Assembly: GCA_963783385.1 (NCBI GenBank) | Contig: CAWANJ010000009.1 | Coordinates: 512,001-576,000, forward strand | Length of the DNA stretch: 64,000 nt | Reading direction: 5' to 3' | Origin: an uncultured Gemmatimonadales bacterium | GTDB taxonomy: Bacteria > Gemmatimonadota > Gemmatimonadetes > Palauibacterales > Palauibacteraceae | Shown: positions 37,098-46,899 of the stretch, in pieces | Layout of the letters: the number at the start of each line of letters is the position of its first letter | Position numbering within the stretch: position 1 is the first letter of the stretch | Translations under genes and position numbers: made by a program | The notes under the pieces: model-generated | Told to the model about the DNA's origin: nothing | The model's input: only the letters and a program-made list of their open reading frames with translations | The model's database searches: none

Positions 37098-37354
37098 CGG
37101 GAGGACCGCGGGTCGGGGTCGACCACCGGGCCGCGCCGCCCCACGCGGGGCTGTGCGGCGCCTGCGGGCACGCCCGCAAGGTCGTGAGCGACCGCGGGTC
37201 CACCTTCCTCCGGTGCCGACGAGCCGACGGCGACCGGCGCTTCCCCCGCTATCCCCGTCTGCCCGTCCTCCGGTGTGCCGGGTTCGAAGCCGCCCCCGGA
37301 CGGAGCGGGCCACTGGGGGGAGATGCGACCGGCGTGCACGGCGAGGCTCGATGA
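37094..37354 (+). CDS. Small Cys-rich hypothetical protein
   Basis: GLCGACGH...GSTFLRC...FPRYPRLPVLRCAGF; 4-bp overlaps with both uvrC (GTGA) and gltX (ATGA). Confidence 0.7.
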   Translation: MTGGPRVGVDHRAAPPHAGLCGACGHARKVVSDRGSTFLRCRRADGDRRFPRYPRLPVLRCAGFEAAPGRSGPLGGDATGVHGEAR

Positions 37355-38793
37355 AGGTCCGCACCCGCTTCGCGCCAAGCCCGACCGGAGACCTGCACCT
37401 GGGGAACGCGCGCGTCGCGGTCCTCAACTGGGCCTTCGCCCGTCACCACGAGGGCGCCTTCGTGCTGCGTTTCGAGGACACCGACGTGGATCGGGAGGTG
37501 CGGGGCGCCGGCCGGGCCATCCTCGAGGGCCTCGACTGGCTCGGCCTGGACCGGGACGAAGGCCCGGTGCGCGGCGGTCCGCACGGGCCGTACCGCCAGA
37601 GCCAACGCCTCGCCGTCTACCGGGAACAGGCGGCCCGCCTGGCCTCCGCGGGCACCGCCTATCCCTGCTTCTGCTCGCCGGAGGAGCTCGAGGAGAGACG
37701 CCGGGCCGCGCTCGAGTCCGGGCACTCACCCCGCTACGACGGCCGGTGCAGGGAGCTGGATCCGGCGGCCCGCGAGGCCCTGCGCGCCGAGGGCCGGGTG
37801 CCCAGCCTCCGGTTCGCGGTGGTGCCCGGGCCCGTAGTCTTTCGGGACCGGATCCGCGGCGAGATCGTCATCGATGCCGTGGAGTTCGGAGACTTCGTGA
37901 TTCTCCGCGCCGATGGGCGCCCCACCTACAACTTCGCCGTTGTGGTGGACGACATCGCCATGGACATCACGCACGTGATCCGGGGGGCCGGGCACCTTCC
38001 CAATACGCCCCGGCAATGGCTCCTGTACGAGGCCCTCGGGGCGGCCGCCCCCGAGTTCGTGCACGTGCCCCTGGTGCTGGGCGAGGACAGCAAGCCCCTC
38101 TCCAAGCGAACGGGGGCGCCCGGACTGGGACGTTACCGCGACGAGGGTTACGACGCGGACGCGGTGGTGAACTACCTGTCCCTCCTGTCGTGGTCGAGCC
38201 CATCGGGCGACGAGGTGCTGAGTCGAGGCCGGATCGTGGAGGAGATCGACCTGGACCGCCTCGGCGCCTCGGACGTCACGGTCGATTCGGGCAAGCTGGA
38301 GTGGCTTTCGGGCCAGCACCTGCGCCGGGAGGACCCGCGACGCCTCGCCATGCGGCTGGCGCCGTTCGCGGCCCGGCGGGGGCTCGTGCTCTCCGAGCGG
38401 GACCTCATCGCCGGTGCCACCGTCCTGGCGGAGCGGATGCACACCGTGTCGGGCGGCGCCGACGAGCTCGCGGCCCTCATCGAGCCCCCGGCCAGGAGCG
38501 AGGCGGCGCGGGAGGCCCTGGCCTCCGACGACGCTCCGGCCGCGCTGCGCTCCGCCCTCGAAGCGTGGCGCGAGTGCACGGCGTGGGAGCGCGAGTCGGT
38601 CGGCGCGGCGTTGAACGAGGCGCGCGGGGGGGTGGAAGCGAGCGGCGCCCGCTTCTACCATCCGTTGCGGGCCGCGCTCACCGGAGCCCTGGAGGGGCCG
38701 GACCTGGCGGACGTTGCCTGGGTGCTCGGGCGCGATCGAGTGCTCGAACGCCTCGAGAACGCACTCGAGGAGCAGACCGACGATCAACCTTGA
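37351..38793 (+). CDS. gltX: Glutamate--tRNA ligase
   Basis: RTRFAPSPTGDLHLGN, LRFEDTD, PYRQSQR, PTYNFAVVVDD, LSKR, C-terminal anticodon domain PLRAALTG. Confidence 0.94.
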   Translation: MKVRTRFAPSPTGDLHLGNARVAVLNWAFARHHEGAFVLRFEDTDVDREVRGAGRAILEGLDWLGLDRDEGPVRGGPHGPYRQSQRLAVYREQAARLASAGTAYPCFCSPEELEERRRAALESGHSPRYDGRCRELDPAAREALRAEGRVPSLRFAVVPGPVVFRDRIRGEIVIDAVEFGDFVILRADGRPTYNFAVVVDDIAMDITHVIRGAGHLPNTPRQWLLYEALGAAAPEFVHVPLVLGEDSKPLSKRTGAPGLGRYRDEGYDADAVVNYLSLLSWSSPSGDEVLSRGRIVEEIDLDRLGASDVTVDSGKLEWLSGQHLRREDPRRLAMRLAPFAARRGLVLSERDLIAGATVLAERMHTVSGGADELAALIEPPARSEAAREALASDDAPAALRSALEAWRECTAWERESVGAALNEARGGVEASGARFYHPLRAALTGALEGPDLADVAWVLGRDRVLERLENALEEQTDDQP

Positions 38794-38809
38794 CGAAGGG
38801 ACGAGTGGC

Positions 38810-39958
38810 ATGGGACCGGTGAGGCTGGAGTGCGGCGCGTGTGGCCGGGTGGAGCCGTTCGAGGCCGGCGCCACCGTGTGCGGGGCGTGCGGAAAGCCTC
38901 TGCTCGCGCGCTACGACACGGACGCCCTCGATGGGGGCGAGTTGCGGCGGGCGTGGGCGGAGAGACGCGGTACCGGGATGTGGCGTTTCCGTGAACTCCT
39001 GCCCCTTCGGGTGGACGAGGCCCCGGTCACGCTGGGGGAGGGAGACACGCCCCTGATTCGAACCCGGGAACTGGGCCCGGAGCTCGGCCTCGACCTGCGC
39101 GTCAAGGACGAGACCCGCAATCCTACGGGCAGCTTCAAGGACCGGGGCCTGTCGGCCGCCGTGACGCGTGCGGCCCTGGACGGTCAGCCCGGCTTCGTGG
39201 TTCCGAGCGCGGGGAACGCGGCGGCCGCCCTGTCGGCCTTCGCGGCGCGGGCCGGTCTCCCCGCCCGGGTGTACCTGCCGGCCGACACGCCCGAGGGTGT
39301 GCGGCGGCGCTGCCGGCACTACGGCGCCGAAGTCGAGGAAGTCGACGGCCTCATCACGGACTGCGGACGGGAGGCGGCCGCCTATGCGCGCGAGACCGGG
39401 GCGTTCTCCGTGTCCACGCTCCACGAGCCGTACCGACTCGAGGGCAAAAAGACGATGATGCTCGAGATCGTCGAGGCCGTCGGCTGGAGGGCCCCCGATG
39501 CCATCGTGTATCCCACCGGCGGGGGCACCGGGCTCATCGGGTCATGGAAGGTACTCGGAGAGCTGGTGGCCGCGGGCGTGCTGGAGGAGGCGCCGACCCG
39601 CATGTACGCCGTCCAGAGCGAGGGTTGTGCACCCATGGTCCGTGCCTGGCAGGAGGGTCTCGAGGAGGCCCCGGAGTGGGAGACCGCCAGTACGGTGGCG
39701 TACGGGTTGCGCGTGCCGCGGGCCCTGGGCGACTTCCTGATCCTCCGGGCGATCCGCGAGACGGGCGGTGCCGCGATCGCCGTCTCCGACGAAGCGATGC
39801 AGGCAGCGGCCGACGAGCTGGGATCTCGAGAAGGCATCGACGCCGCCATCGAGGGCGGCGCCACCCTGGCCGCGGCCCGGGCGCTGCGCGAGGCCGGCGA
39901 GCTCGAGGCCGGCGAGACGGTGGTCCTGTTCAACACCGGCAGCCAGCTGGCCTACTGA
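38810..39958 (+). CDS. thrC: Threonine synthase (PLP fold II, N-terminal Zn ribbon)
   Basis: TLGEGDTPL, NPTGSFKDRG, SAGNA, EGKKT, YPTGGGTG. Confidence 0.85.
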   Translation: MGPVRLECGACGRVEPFEAGATVCGACGKPLLARYDTDALDGGELRRAWAERRGTGMWRFRELLPLRVDEAPVTLGEGDTPLIRTRELGPELGLDLRVKDETRNPTGSFKDRGLSAAVTRAALDGQPGFVVPSAGNAAAALSAFAARAGLPARVYLPADTPEGVRRRCRHYGAEVEEVDGLITDCGREAAAYARETGAFSVSTLHEPYRLEGKKTMMLEIVEAVGWRAPDAIVYPTGGGTGLIGSWKVLGELVAAGVLEEAPTRMYAVQSEGCAPMVRAWQEGLEEAPEWETASTVAYGLRVPRALGDFLILRAIRETGGAAIAVSDEAMQAAADELGSREGIDAAIEGGATLAAARALREAGELEAGETVVLFNTGSQLAY

Positions 39959-39978
39959 CCTCCGGGGGCGGGAAGCAC

Positions 39979-41202
39979 GTGACCGAGACCGAGAAGCGGG
40001 CCGGGTCCGAGGTGGCCGGCGGTCGGCACGCCGTATTCGATCCCTTCGCCGGCATCAGCGGTGACATGATCCTCGGGGCCTGGATCGACCTCGGGCTCGA
40101 ACCGGAGTGGCTCGAAGACCTGGCGGATCGCCTCGATCTGCGGATGGATCGGCTCGAGGCTCGCCGGGTGATGCGGGCCGGGATCTCGTGCACCCGCGTG
40201 GTGGTGGAGCCGGCCGGGGGCGAGTCGGGCGATCACGGGCGAAGCTGGTCCGAGATCCGTGTCCTGCTCGAGAGAGCCCGCCTGGACGAGGCGGCGCGGC
40301 CCATGGCGCTCGGGGCGTTCGCCCGGCTCGCGGAGGCCGAAGCGCGCGTGCACGGCGTGGCGTCCGAGGAGGTGCACTTTCACGAGGTCGGGGCGGTGGA
40401 CGCCGTCCTGGACGTCTGCGCCGCGGCCGAGGGATTCCACCGGCTGGGCCTGACCGGCGCCAGCACGCGCCCGGTGTGCGTGGGCCGTGGCACCATCCGT
40501 ATCGAGCATGGCAGCTATCCGCTCCCGGCTCCCGCGACGGCATATCTGCTGGAGGGGACCGAGATCCTACCGGTCGGGTATGACGGCGAGTGCACCACCC
40601 CTACAGGGGCCGCACTCCTGGCGGAACTGACGGACGGGCGGCCGGCCCGGGGTGATTTCGTGCTCGAACGCGTCGGATACGGCGCCGGCTCCCGCGACCC
40701 CGAGGACCATCCCAACTGCCTGCGGGTGTGGATCGGACGGGCGCCGGAGCGGGGCGAGTCACTGGTGGTGCTCCAGGCGGATGTGGACGACCTCAGCCCC
40801 GAATACGCCCCCCAGCTGATCGAGGCGTGCGTGACGGCCGGTGCTCTGGACGCGTCGGTGGGGTGGAGGCTCATGAAGAAAGGCCGGCCGGCGTGGCGCC
40901 TGGAGGCACTGGTTCGCGCGCCGGCGCAGCGGGCGGTCGAGGAGGCGATATTCCGGCACTCGACCACCCTGGGGATCCGCGGATGGACCGCCTTCCGCCG
41001 GACGTTGCCACGACGGATGGAGGCGCGGGAGTGGCGCGGACACCGGATACGGGTCAAACTCTGTGCGGCCGCCGACGGCCCGGAGGGACCGTGGACCGGC
41101 AAGCCGGAGCATGATGACGTCGTGGCCGCGGCCGCCAGCGAAGGCATGGCCCCCCGGGCCGTGCTCCGGGCGCTGCACGAGGCCTGGCCGGACCTGGCAT
41201 GA
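39979..41202 (+). CDS. larC: Nickel-pincer cofactor biosynthesis protein LarC (DUF111)
   Basis: GISGDMILGA, VHFHEVGAVD, PAPAT, TPTGAALL, MKKGRP, STTLGIR. Confidence 0.92.
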   Translation: MTETEKRAGSEVAGGRHAVFDPFAGISGDMILGAWIDLGLEPEWLEDLADRLDLRMDRLEARRVMRAGISCTRVVVEPAGGESGDHGRSWSEIRVLLERARLDEAARPMALGAFARLAEAEARVHGVASEEVHFHEVGAVDAVLDVCAAAEGFHRLGLTGASTRPVCVGRGTIRIEHGSYPLPAPATAYLLEGTEILPVGYDGECTTPTGAALLAELTDGRPARGDFVLERVGYGAGSRDPEDHPNCLRVWIGRAPERGESLVVLQADVDDLSPEYAPQLIEACVTAGALDASVGWRLMKKGRPAWRLEALVRAPAQRAVEEAIFRHSTTLGIRGWTAFRRTLPRRMEAREWRGHRIRVKLCAAADGPEGPWTGKPEHDDVVAAAASEGMAPRAVLRALHEAWPDLA

Positions 41203-42623
41203 TGAGCGAGAGGGGAACGACAACCATGGGAAAGGACGGCACCGTGAGTGATCGGCGACGGCATTCGACCCTCGTCGGGGTCCTGGTGACACTGCTGATC
41301 GGCCTCGGCCCGCTCGCGCTACGCGCCCAGCAGAAGGAGGGCGAGAAGCAGCAGGAGCAGCCGAAGCAGGAATGCAACCTCACCGGGACGGACCTGACGC
41401 AACGGGCCGAGAAGGAGATCGACAACGCGGCCAAGGCGGAGTCCGACTCGGCGAGCCAGGGGGGCTACCAGAGCGCCATGCGACTCCTCAAGGTGGCCCT
41501 GGCGCAGAACGCCAAGGACCCGGCGGCGCTGTGGCTCCGAGGTCGCGCGCAGGTCGGCCTCCACCAGTACGTGAACGCCGACTCGGCCCTGAACTCCTTC
41601 ATCGAGCTCAAGCCGGGCTGCCAGCACCTGGTGAGCCAGCTGCGCGAGCAGGCCTGGGTCGAGCTCTACAACCAGGGCGTCCGGGCCTACCAGGGTGGCG
41701 ACGAAGCGGGTGCCATGGGGCTTTTCGACACGGCCAACCTCATGCAGGGTGATCCGCGATCCCTGAACAACTCGGCGCTGTTGCACGAGAGGGCAGGGGA
41801 CACGGCCCAGGCCGAGTCGCTCTACCGACGGACCCTGAAGGTGGGCGGCGACTCGCTCCAGGTCCGGGCCGCGACCATCAACCTCGCGTTGCTGCTCAAG
41901 AGCCAGAACAAGAACGACGAGGCGCTCCAGGTCTATCGAGACTACCTGTCTGCGCACCCGAAGGCGGTGACCCCGCAGATCAACATGGCCGTGGACCTGG
42001 CGCACTCCGGCCAGGCTGACAGCGCCAAGGCCATCCTGGCCGGGCTCCTCGCCCGGCAGGACCTCTCCTACACGGAGCTGACCGAGCTCGGCACCGGGTT
42101 CCTCCAGATCCAGGACGCGGGCCAGGCGGAGAAGGCGTTCGAGCAGGCGCACAAGTCGAATCCGTACGCCAAGGACGGATACATGAACCTGCTCCAGGCG
42201 GCCGTCGCCGCGAGCGACTTCAAGACGGCGGCGGACGTCGGCTCGGAGCTGCTCGACCATTATCCCTACGAGAAGGACGCCTTCCGTGCGGTCGCCCAGT
42301 CCCTGGATCGCCTCGGCCGGAAGCAGGAGGTGCAGGCGCGCCTGCACCAGATGCAGTCGCTGCCGCTCGAGTTCATCGGCCTGCAGCTCAACGGTCGAAG
42401 CGGGACCTACCAGGTCCAGGGTCAGGTGAGCGGCGGCAGGATGTCGGGGAAGAAGGTCACGGTCCCGTTCACCTTCTACGGTCCAGAGGGGGCGCAGGTG
42501 GCCCAGAAGGCCATCAGCCTCACCGTGCCGGGCCAGAACGAGGTGGCGGGAATCCAGTTCCAGGTCCAGTCGGAGAAGCCGATCGCCGGCTTCACGTACG
42601 GGAAGGTACAATCGGGCTCCTGA
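41199..42623 (+). CDS. Exported TPR-repeat protein
   Basis: Signal peptide (LVGVLVTLLIGLGPLALRA-QQ), helical TPR-like repeats, C-terminal beta-rich domain; start uncertain. Confidence 0.8.
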   Translation: MMSERGTTTMGKDGTVSDRRRHSTLVGVLVTLLIGLGPLALRAQQKEGEKQQEQPKQECNLTGTDLTQRAEKEIDNAAKAESDSASQGGYQSAMRLLKVALAQNAKDPAALWLRGRAQVGLHQYVNADSALNSFIELKPGCQHLVSQLREQAWVELYNQGVRAYQGGDEAGAMGLFDTANLMQGDPRSLNNSALLHERAGDTAQAESLYRRTLKVGGDSLQVRAATINLALLLKSQNKNDEALQVYRDYLSAHPKAVTPQINMAVDLAHSGQADSAKAILAGLLARQDLSYTELTELGTGFLQIQDAGQAEKAFEQAHKSNPYAKDGYMNLLQAAVAASDFKTAADVGSELLDHYPYEKDAFRAVAQSLDRLGRKQEVQARLHQMQSLPLEFIGLQLNGRSGTYQVQGQVSGGRMSGKKVTVPFTFYGPEGAQVAQKAISLTVPGQNEVAGIQFQVQSEKPIAGFTYGKVQSGS

Positions 42624-42734
42624 CGCCCCGCACGGTTGCCCCGGCCGGGCTGCGGCCCGAGCCGGGGCGGGCCGACCGGCGGCCACCGCCCGGCGTGGGC
42701 CGGGGCCGCAACCAGGACCACCGGAGCTAGACGC

Positions 42735-44108
42735 GTGCAGACCGAGACGCGACAGGAACGCGCCGCGCTCGCGGGAGGAAGACGCCCCACGGTGGCCATC
42801 GTGGGGCGTCCGAACGTGGGCAAGTCGACGCTCTTCAATCGGATCCTGGGCCGGCGGGTCGCGATCGTGGCCGAGCGCGCCGGTGTGACACGCGATCGGC
42901 AGTTCGCTGCGGCCGAGTGGTCGGGACGCGACTTCATCCTGGTCGACACCGGCGGCCTGATGGACGCTCCGGGCGAGGCAATGGAGGGCGAGATTCGCCG
43001 CCAGGTGCTCGTCGCCATCGAGCACGCCGACATCCTGCTGTTCATGGTCGACGGACGCACCGGCGTCCACCCCGTGGACGAGCACGTGGCCGACCTGCTC
43101 CGGCGCTCGGGGCGCCCCGTGCTCCTGGCGGTGAACAAGGTGGACGAGCTCGCGGGCTCGCTCGCGCACGTGGACTTCTACCGGCTCGGTCTCGGCGAGC
43201 CCATCCCGGTGAGCGCACTGAGCGGCAAGGGGAGCGGAGACCTCCTCGACCGTCTGGTCGAGACGCTGCCGCCCCCGGTTCCTGCCGCTCCCGAAGCCAG
43301 CGACGAGCTCCGGGTGGCCGTCATCGGCAAGCCCAACGTCGGCAAATCCAGCTTCGTGAACCGGCTCCTGGGCGAGGACCGTGTGATCGTGCACGAAGAG
43401 GCGGGCACCACGCGTGACGCCATCGACACGTACCTGGAGTTCGAGGGCACCCCGATCCGGCTGGTGGATACGGCGGGGCTGCGCCGTCGATCGCGGGTGG
43501 ACGACGAGGTCGAGTTCTACAGCCGGGTCCGCGCGACCTCGGCTATCCGCAGGGCGGACGTGTGCCTCCTCCTCATGGACTGCCGCACCGGTGCCGGCAA
43601 CCAGGATTTCCGCATCGGCCAGAGCGCATGGGACGCGGGTTGTGGGCTGATATTCGTCGCCAACAAGTGGGACCTGATCGAGGACCGCGGCCCGAACGTA
43701 TTCGACGCCTTCGTGCGCGAGCTGCGGGAGCGGGCCCCCTATCTCCGCTGGGTTCCGATCCTGACGACCTCGGCGCTCACGGGCCGGCGCGTGCGCACGG
43801 CGCTCGAGCTCGCCCTGGAGGTACAGGAGAACCGGAGCCGCCGGATCCCCACCGCCGAGGTGAACCGGGTGCTCGGGGAGCTCACGCAGCGCCGACAGCC
43901 ACCGCAGGGAGGCAGGGGCGACGTGAGGATCTACTACGGGAGCCAGGTGGGGACGGAGCCTCCCGGCTTCGTGCTGTTCGCCAACCGTCCCCGGGAGCTG
44001 GCCGATCACTACGTGCGGTACCTGGAGAACGGCTTCCGCAATGCCTGGAACTTCGAGGGCACGCCGATTCGCATCCGGGTCCGGGCACGCCGGGGTACTG
44101 ACCGGTGA
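42735..44108 (+). CDS. der: Ribosome biogenesis GTPase Der (EngA)
   Basis: Two G domains: GRPNVGKST/GVTRD/DTGG/NKVD and GKPNVGKSS/GTTRD/DTAG/NKWD; KH-like C-terminus FEGTPIR. Confidence 0.97.
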   Translation: MQTETRQERAALAGGRRPTVAIVGRPNVGKSTLFNRILGRRVAIVAERAGVTRDRQFAAAEWSGRDFILVDTGGLMDAPGEAMEGEIRRQVLVAIEHADILLFMVDGRTGVHPVDEHVADLLRRSGRPVLLAVNKVDELAGSLAHVDFYRLGLGEPIPVSALSGKGSGDLLDRLVETLPPPVPAAPEASDELRVAVIGKPNVGKSSFVNRLLGEDRVIVHEEAGTTRDAIDTYLEFEGTPIRLVDTAGLRRRSRVDDEVEFYSRVRATSAIRRADVCLLLMDCRTGAGNQDFRIGQSAWDAGCGLIFVANKWDLIEDRGPNVFDAFVRELRERAPYLRWVPILTTSALTGRRVRTALELALEVQENRSRRIPTAEVNRVLGELTQRRQPPQGGRGDVRIYYGSQVGTEPPGFVLFANRPRELADHYVRYLENGFRNAWNFEGTPIRIRVRARRGTDR

Positions 44109-44734
44109 GGGTGGCGGCGCTCCTCCTCGCCTCCTATCTGGTGGGCTCGCTTCCCACCAGCTACCTGGCCGGTCGGCTGGCCGGGGTCGACCTCCGGAAG
44201 CGGGGTAGCGGCAACCTCGGGGGCACGAACGTCTACCGGGTCCTGGGCTGGAAGGCGGCCGTACCGGTCGTCCTGGTGGACGTGTCCAAGGGTCTCCTGC
44301 CGACGTGGCTGTTCCCGACGTGGGACGCGCACGCCACGGCCGGACTGGCGCTCGCCTACGGACTGTGCGCGATCGCGGGCCACATCTGGTCCGTCTTCCT
44401 CCGGTTTCGTGGAGGGAAGGGCGTGGCGACGTCGGGCGGCGTGCTCCTGGCGCTCGCGCCGGTGGCCGTGCTGGTCGGGGGTTTGCTGTGGGCTGGGGTG
44501 GTGCTGGCGACGCGCACGGTGTCACTGGCCTCCCTCTCCGCGGCCACGGTCATCCCGATCCTGGCCTACCTGTTCGACGCGCCGACCTCGACTGTGGTGT
44601 TCAGCGCCGGCCTCGCCCTGCTGGTCTGGTACACGCACCGGGAGAACCTCGGCCGCCTGCGGCGGGGGGAGGAGCTGCGCTTCGGTGCCCACGGGGGCGG
44701 AGAGGGCGGCGGCGCGCCGGGGAGGGACCCTTGA
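44105..44734 (+). CDS. plsY: Glycerol-3-phosphate acyltransferase PlsY
   Basis: YLVGSLP, GSGNLGGTNVYR, GH, FRGGKGVAT, HRENLGRL. Confidence 0.95.
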   Translation: MRVAALLLASYLVGSLPTSYLAGRLAGVDLRKRGSGNLGGTNVYRVLGWKAAVPVVLVDVSKGLLPTWLFPTWDAHATAGLALAYGLCAIAGHIWSVFLRFRGGKGVATSGGVLLALAPVAVLVGGLLWAGVVLATRTVSLASLSAATVIPILAYLFDAPTSTVVFSAGLALLVWYTHRENLGRLRRGEELRFGAHGGGEGGGAPGRDP

Positions 44735-45744
44735 GCGGCCGGTCGATCGCGATCCTGGGGGCGGGCAGCTGGGGCTCGGCCCTCGGGCATGTGCTGGCTC
44801 GCAACGGCCACCGGCCCACACTGTGGGCGCACGACCCCGAGGTGGCCGTGACAATCCGCGAGACCGGACACAACGACCGCTATCTCCCGGGCATCGCTCT
44901 GCACGCGGAACTCGCCGTCACGGCGGATCTGGCCGGGTCCCTCGAGGGGGCCGACGTGGTCGTGTGCGCCACGCCGTCGCATGCCGTGCGCGAGCTCCTG
45001 GAGGCCGCCCGCGACGAATTTCCGCCGGGCGTCCTGTTCATCAGCGGCTCCAAGGGCATCGAGACCGCGACCGGCTCCCGCATGAGCGAGGTCGTGGGCG
45101 CCGTGCTCGGCGAACAGGTCGCCGGCGAGCTCGTGGTGCTCTCGGGACCCAGCTTCGCGCTGGAGCTGGCGAGGGGCCTGCCGACGGCGGTGGCGGCCGC
45201 CTCCCGGTCGAGAGGGAGCGCGGCCGCGTGTCAGGAGCTCTTCCAGAACGACCACTTCCGCATCTACACCGGGCGGGACGTAGTCGGGACGGAGCTCGGG
45301 GGCGCACTCAAGAACGTGATGGCGCTGGCGGCCGGCATCAGCGATGGACTCGAGCTGGGAGCCAACGCCCGGGCCGCCCTCCTGACGCGCGGACTGGCGG
45401 AGATCGTTCGGCTGGCCGTGGGCCTCGGCGCGGAGGAGCACACCCTGTCGGGCCTGGCGGGCGTCGGTGACCTCATCCTGACCTGCACGGGCGACCTCAG
45501 CCGCAATCGCCGCGCGGGCCTGGCGATCGGGCGGGGCTCGTCGCTCCAGGCGGCGCTCGAGGAGGTCCGCATGGTGGTCGAAGGCGTGCCGACGACCCGG
45601 GCCGCGCACGCGCTCGCATTGCGGCACGGGGTGGAGATGCCGATCGTGCGGGCCGTATACTCCATCCTGTTCGAGGATGTGGGTCCCAGGGAGGCGCTGG
45701 CCGAGCTCATGGCCCGAGAGCCGAAACCGGAACGCTGGAGCTGA
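44731..45744 (+). CDS. gpsA: NAD(P)H-dependent glycerol-3-phosphate dehydrogenase
   Basis: GAGSWGSA, SKGIE, SGPSFA, GGALKNV, GDLILTCTGDLSRNR. Confidence 0.96.
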   Translation: MSGRSIAILGAGSWGSALGHVLARNGHRPTLWAHDPEVAVTIRETGHNDRYLPGIALHAELAVTADLAGSLEGADVVVCATPSHAVRELLEAARDEFPPGVLFISGSKGIETATGSRMSEVVGAVLGEQVAGELVVLSGPSFALELARGLPTAVAAASRSRGSAAACQELFQNDHFRIYTGRDVVGTELGGALKNVMALAAGISDGLELGANARAALLTRGLAEIVRLAVGLGAEEHTLSGLAGVGDLILTCTGDLSRNRRAGLAIGRGSSLQAALEEVRMVVEGVPTTRAAHALALRHGVEMPIVRAVYSILFEDVGPREALAELMAREPKPERWS

Positions 45745-45748
45745 CGCG

Positions 45749-46108
45749 GTGGCGGACGACAGGATCGCACCGAAGGAGTACTACTCGATCGGCGAGGTGT
45801 GCGACATCACCGGGCTCAAGCCGCACGTGCTGCGCTACTGGGAGACCCAGTTCCCGGCCCTGAGCCCATCGAAGAACCAGGCCGGCAACCGCGTCTACCG
45901 GCGGAAGGAAGTGAAGCTCGTCCAGCTCCTGCGCCACCTCCTCTACGTGGAGAAGTACACGATCGACGGCGGCCGGCAGAAGCTCGAGCGGCTCCGCAAG
46001 GAGGGAAAGGTCGCCCGGGCCTCCACGGCCGCCTGGGACGCGCACGTCGTTCAAGACCTCCGGCGGGACGTCGACGAGCTCCTGGATCTCCTGACGCTCG
46101 ACGCGTGA
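45749..46108 (+). CDS. MerR-family transcriptional regulator
   Basis: YYSIGEV...PHVLRYWETQF..P...GNRVY...YTIDG. Confidence 0.92.
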   Translation: MADDRIAPKEYYSIGEVCDITGLKPHVLRYWETQFPALSPSKNQAGNRVYRRKEVKLVQLLRHLLYVEKYTIDGGRQKLERLRKEGKVARASTAAWDAHVVQDLRRDVDELLDLLTLDA

Positions 46109-46899
46109 CGCCGTCCGACACTTCGCCCCGTACACGCGGCGGCGCGGGCCCGCGGATCCTGTGCACGAACGACGACGGGATCTACGCCTCCGGCCTCGAG
46201 GTCCTCGCACGCGTCGCCGGGGAGCTCGGCTCCGTCACGCTGGTGGCCCCTGACCGGCAGCAGAGTGCCAGCAGCCATTCGCTCACGCTGCACCGGCCCC
46301 TGCGGCTCACCGAGACCGCCCCCGACAGTTACGTCGTCAATGGCACTCCCACCGACTGCGTGCTGCTGGCCGTGAGCCAGCTGTACGAGGAGGCCCCCGA
46401 CCTGGTGCTCTCCGGCGTGAACCACGGCCCGAACATGGGCGAGGACGTCCTCTACTCGGGGACGGTGGCGGCCGCCATGGAAGCCACCATCCTGGGGATC
46501 CCCGCGGTGGCCATATCCTACGCGGGGGACGACGAGGGGCGCGTGGAGGGGTACGAGGCCATCCTCCGCAGCCTCCTGCGTGATCTCCTGGAGCACCGTG
46601 ATTTCCCGCCGGAGACCTTCTTCAACGTCAACCTGCCTGACCGTCCGGCGGCTGAGGTCGAGGGCGTGAGGGTCACGTCCCTGGGACGACGCATCTACCT
46701 CGATTCGCTGACCCGCAGCCGGGACCCTCGTGGCCGCGAGTACTTCTGGATCGGGGGCGGTGAGTCGCGCTGGCGGGGGCGCGAGGACTCCGACTTCCGC
46801 GCCGTCCAGGCGGGCTACGTGTCGCTCACGCCCCTTCACCTGGACCTGACCGACTTCCGGCTCATCGAGGAGGTTCGGGCGTGGTCGCTGGAGCTGTGA
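46105..46899 (+). CDS. surE: 5'/3'-nucleotidase SurE
   Basis: ILCTNDDG, GTPTDCV, SGVNHGPN, YSGTVAAAME. Confidence 0.96.
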   Translation: MTPSDTSPRTRGGAGPRILCTNDDGIYASGLEVLARVAGELGSVTLVAPDRQQSASSHSLTLHRPLRLTETAPDSYVVNGTPTDCVLLAVSQLYEEAPDLVLSGVNHGPNMGEDVLYSGTVAAAMEATILGIPAVAISYAGDDEGRVEGYEAILRSLLRDLLEHRDFPPETFFNVNLPDRPAAEVEGVRVTSLGRRIYLDSLTRSRDPRGREYFWIGGGESRWRGREDSDFRAVQAGYVSLTPLHLDLTDFRLIEEVRAWSLEL

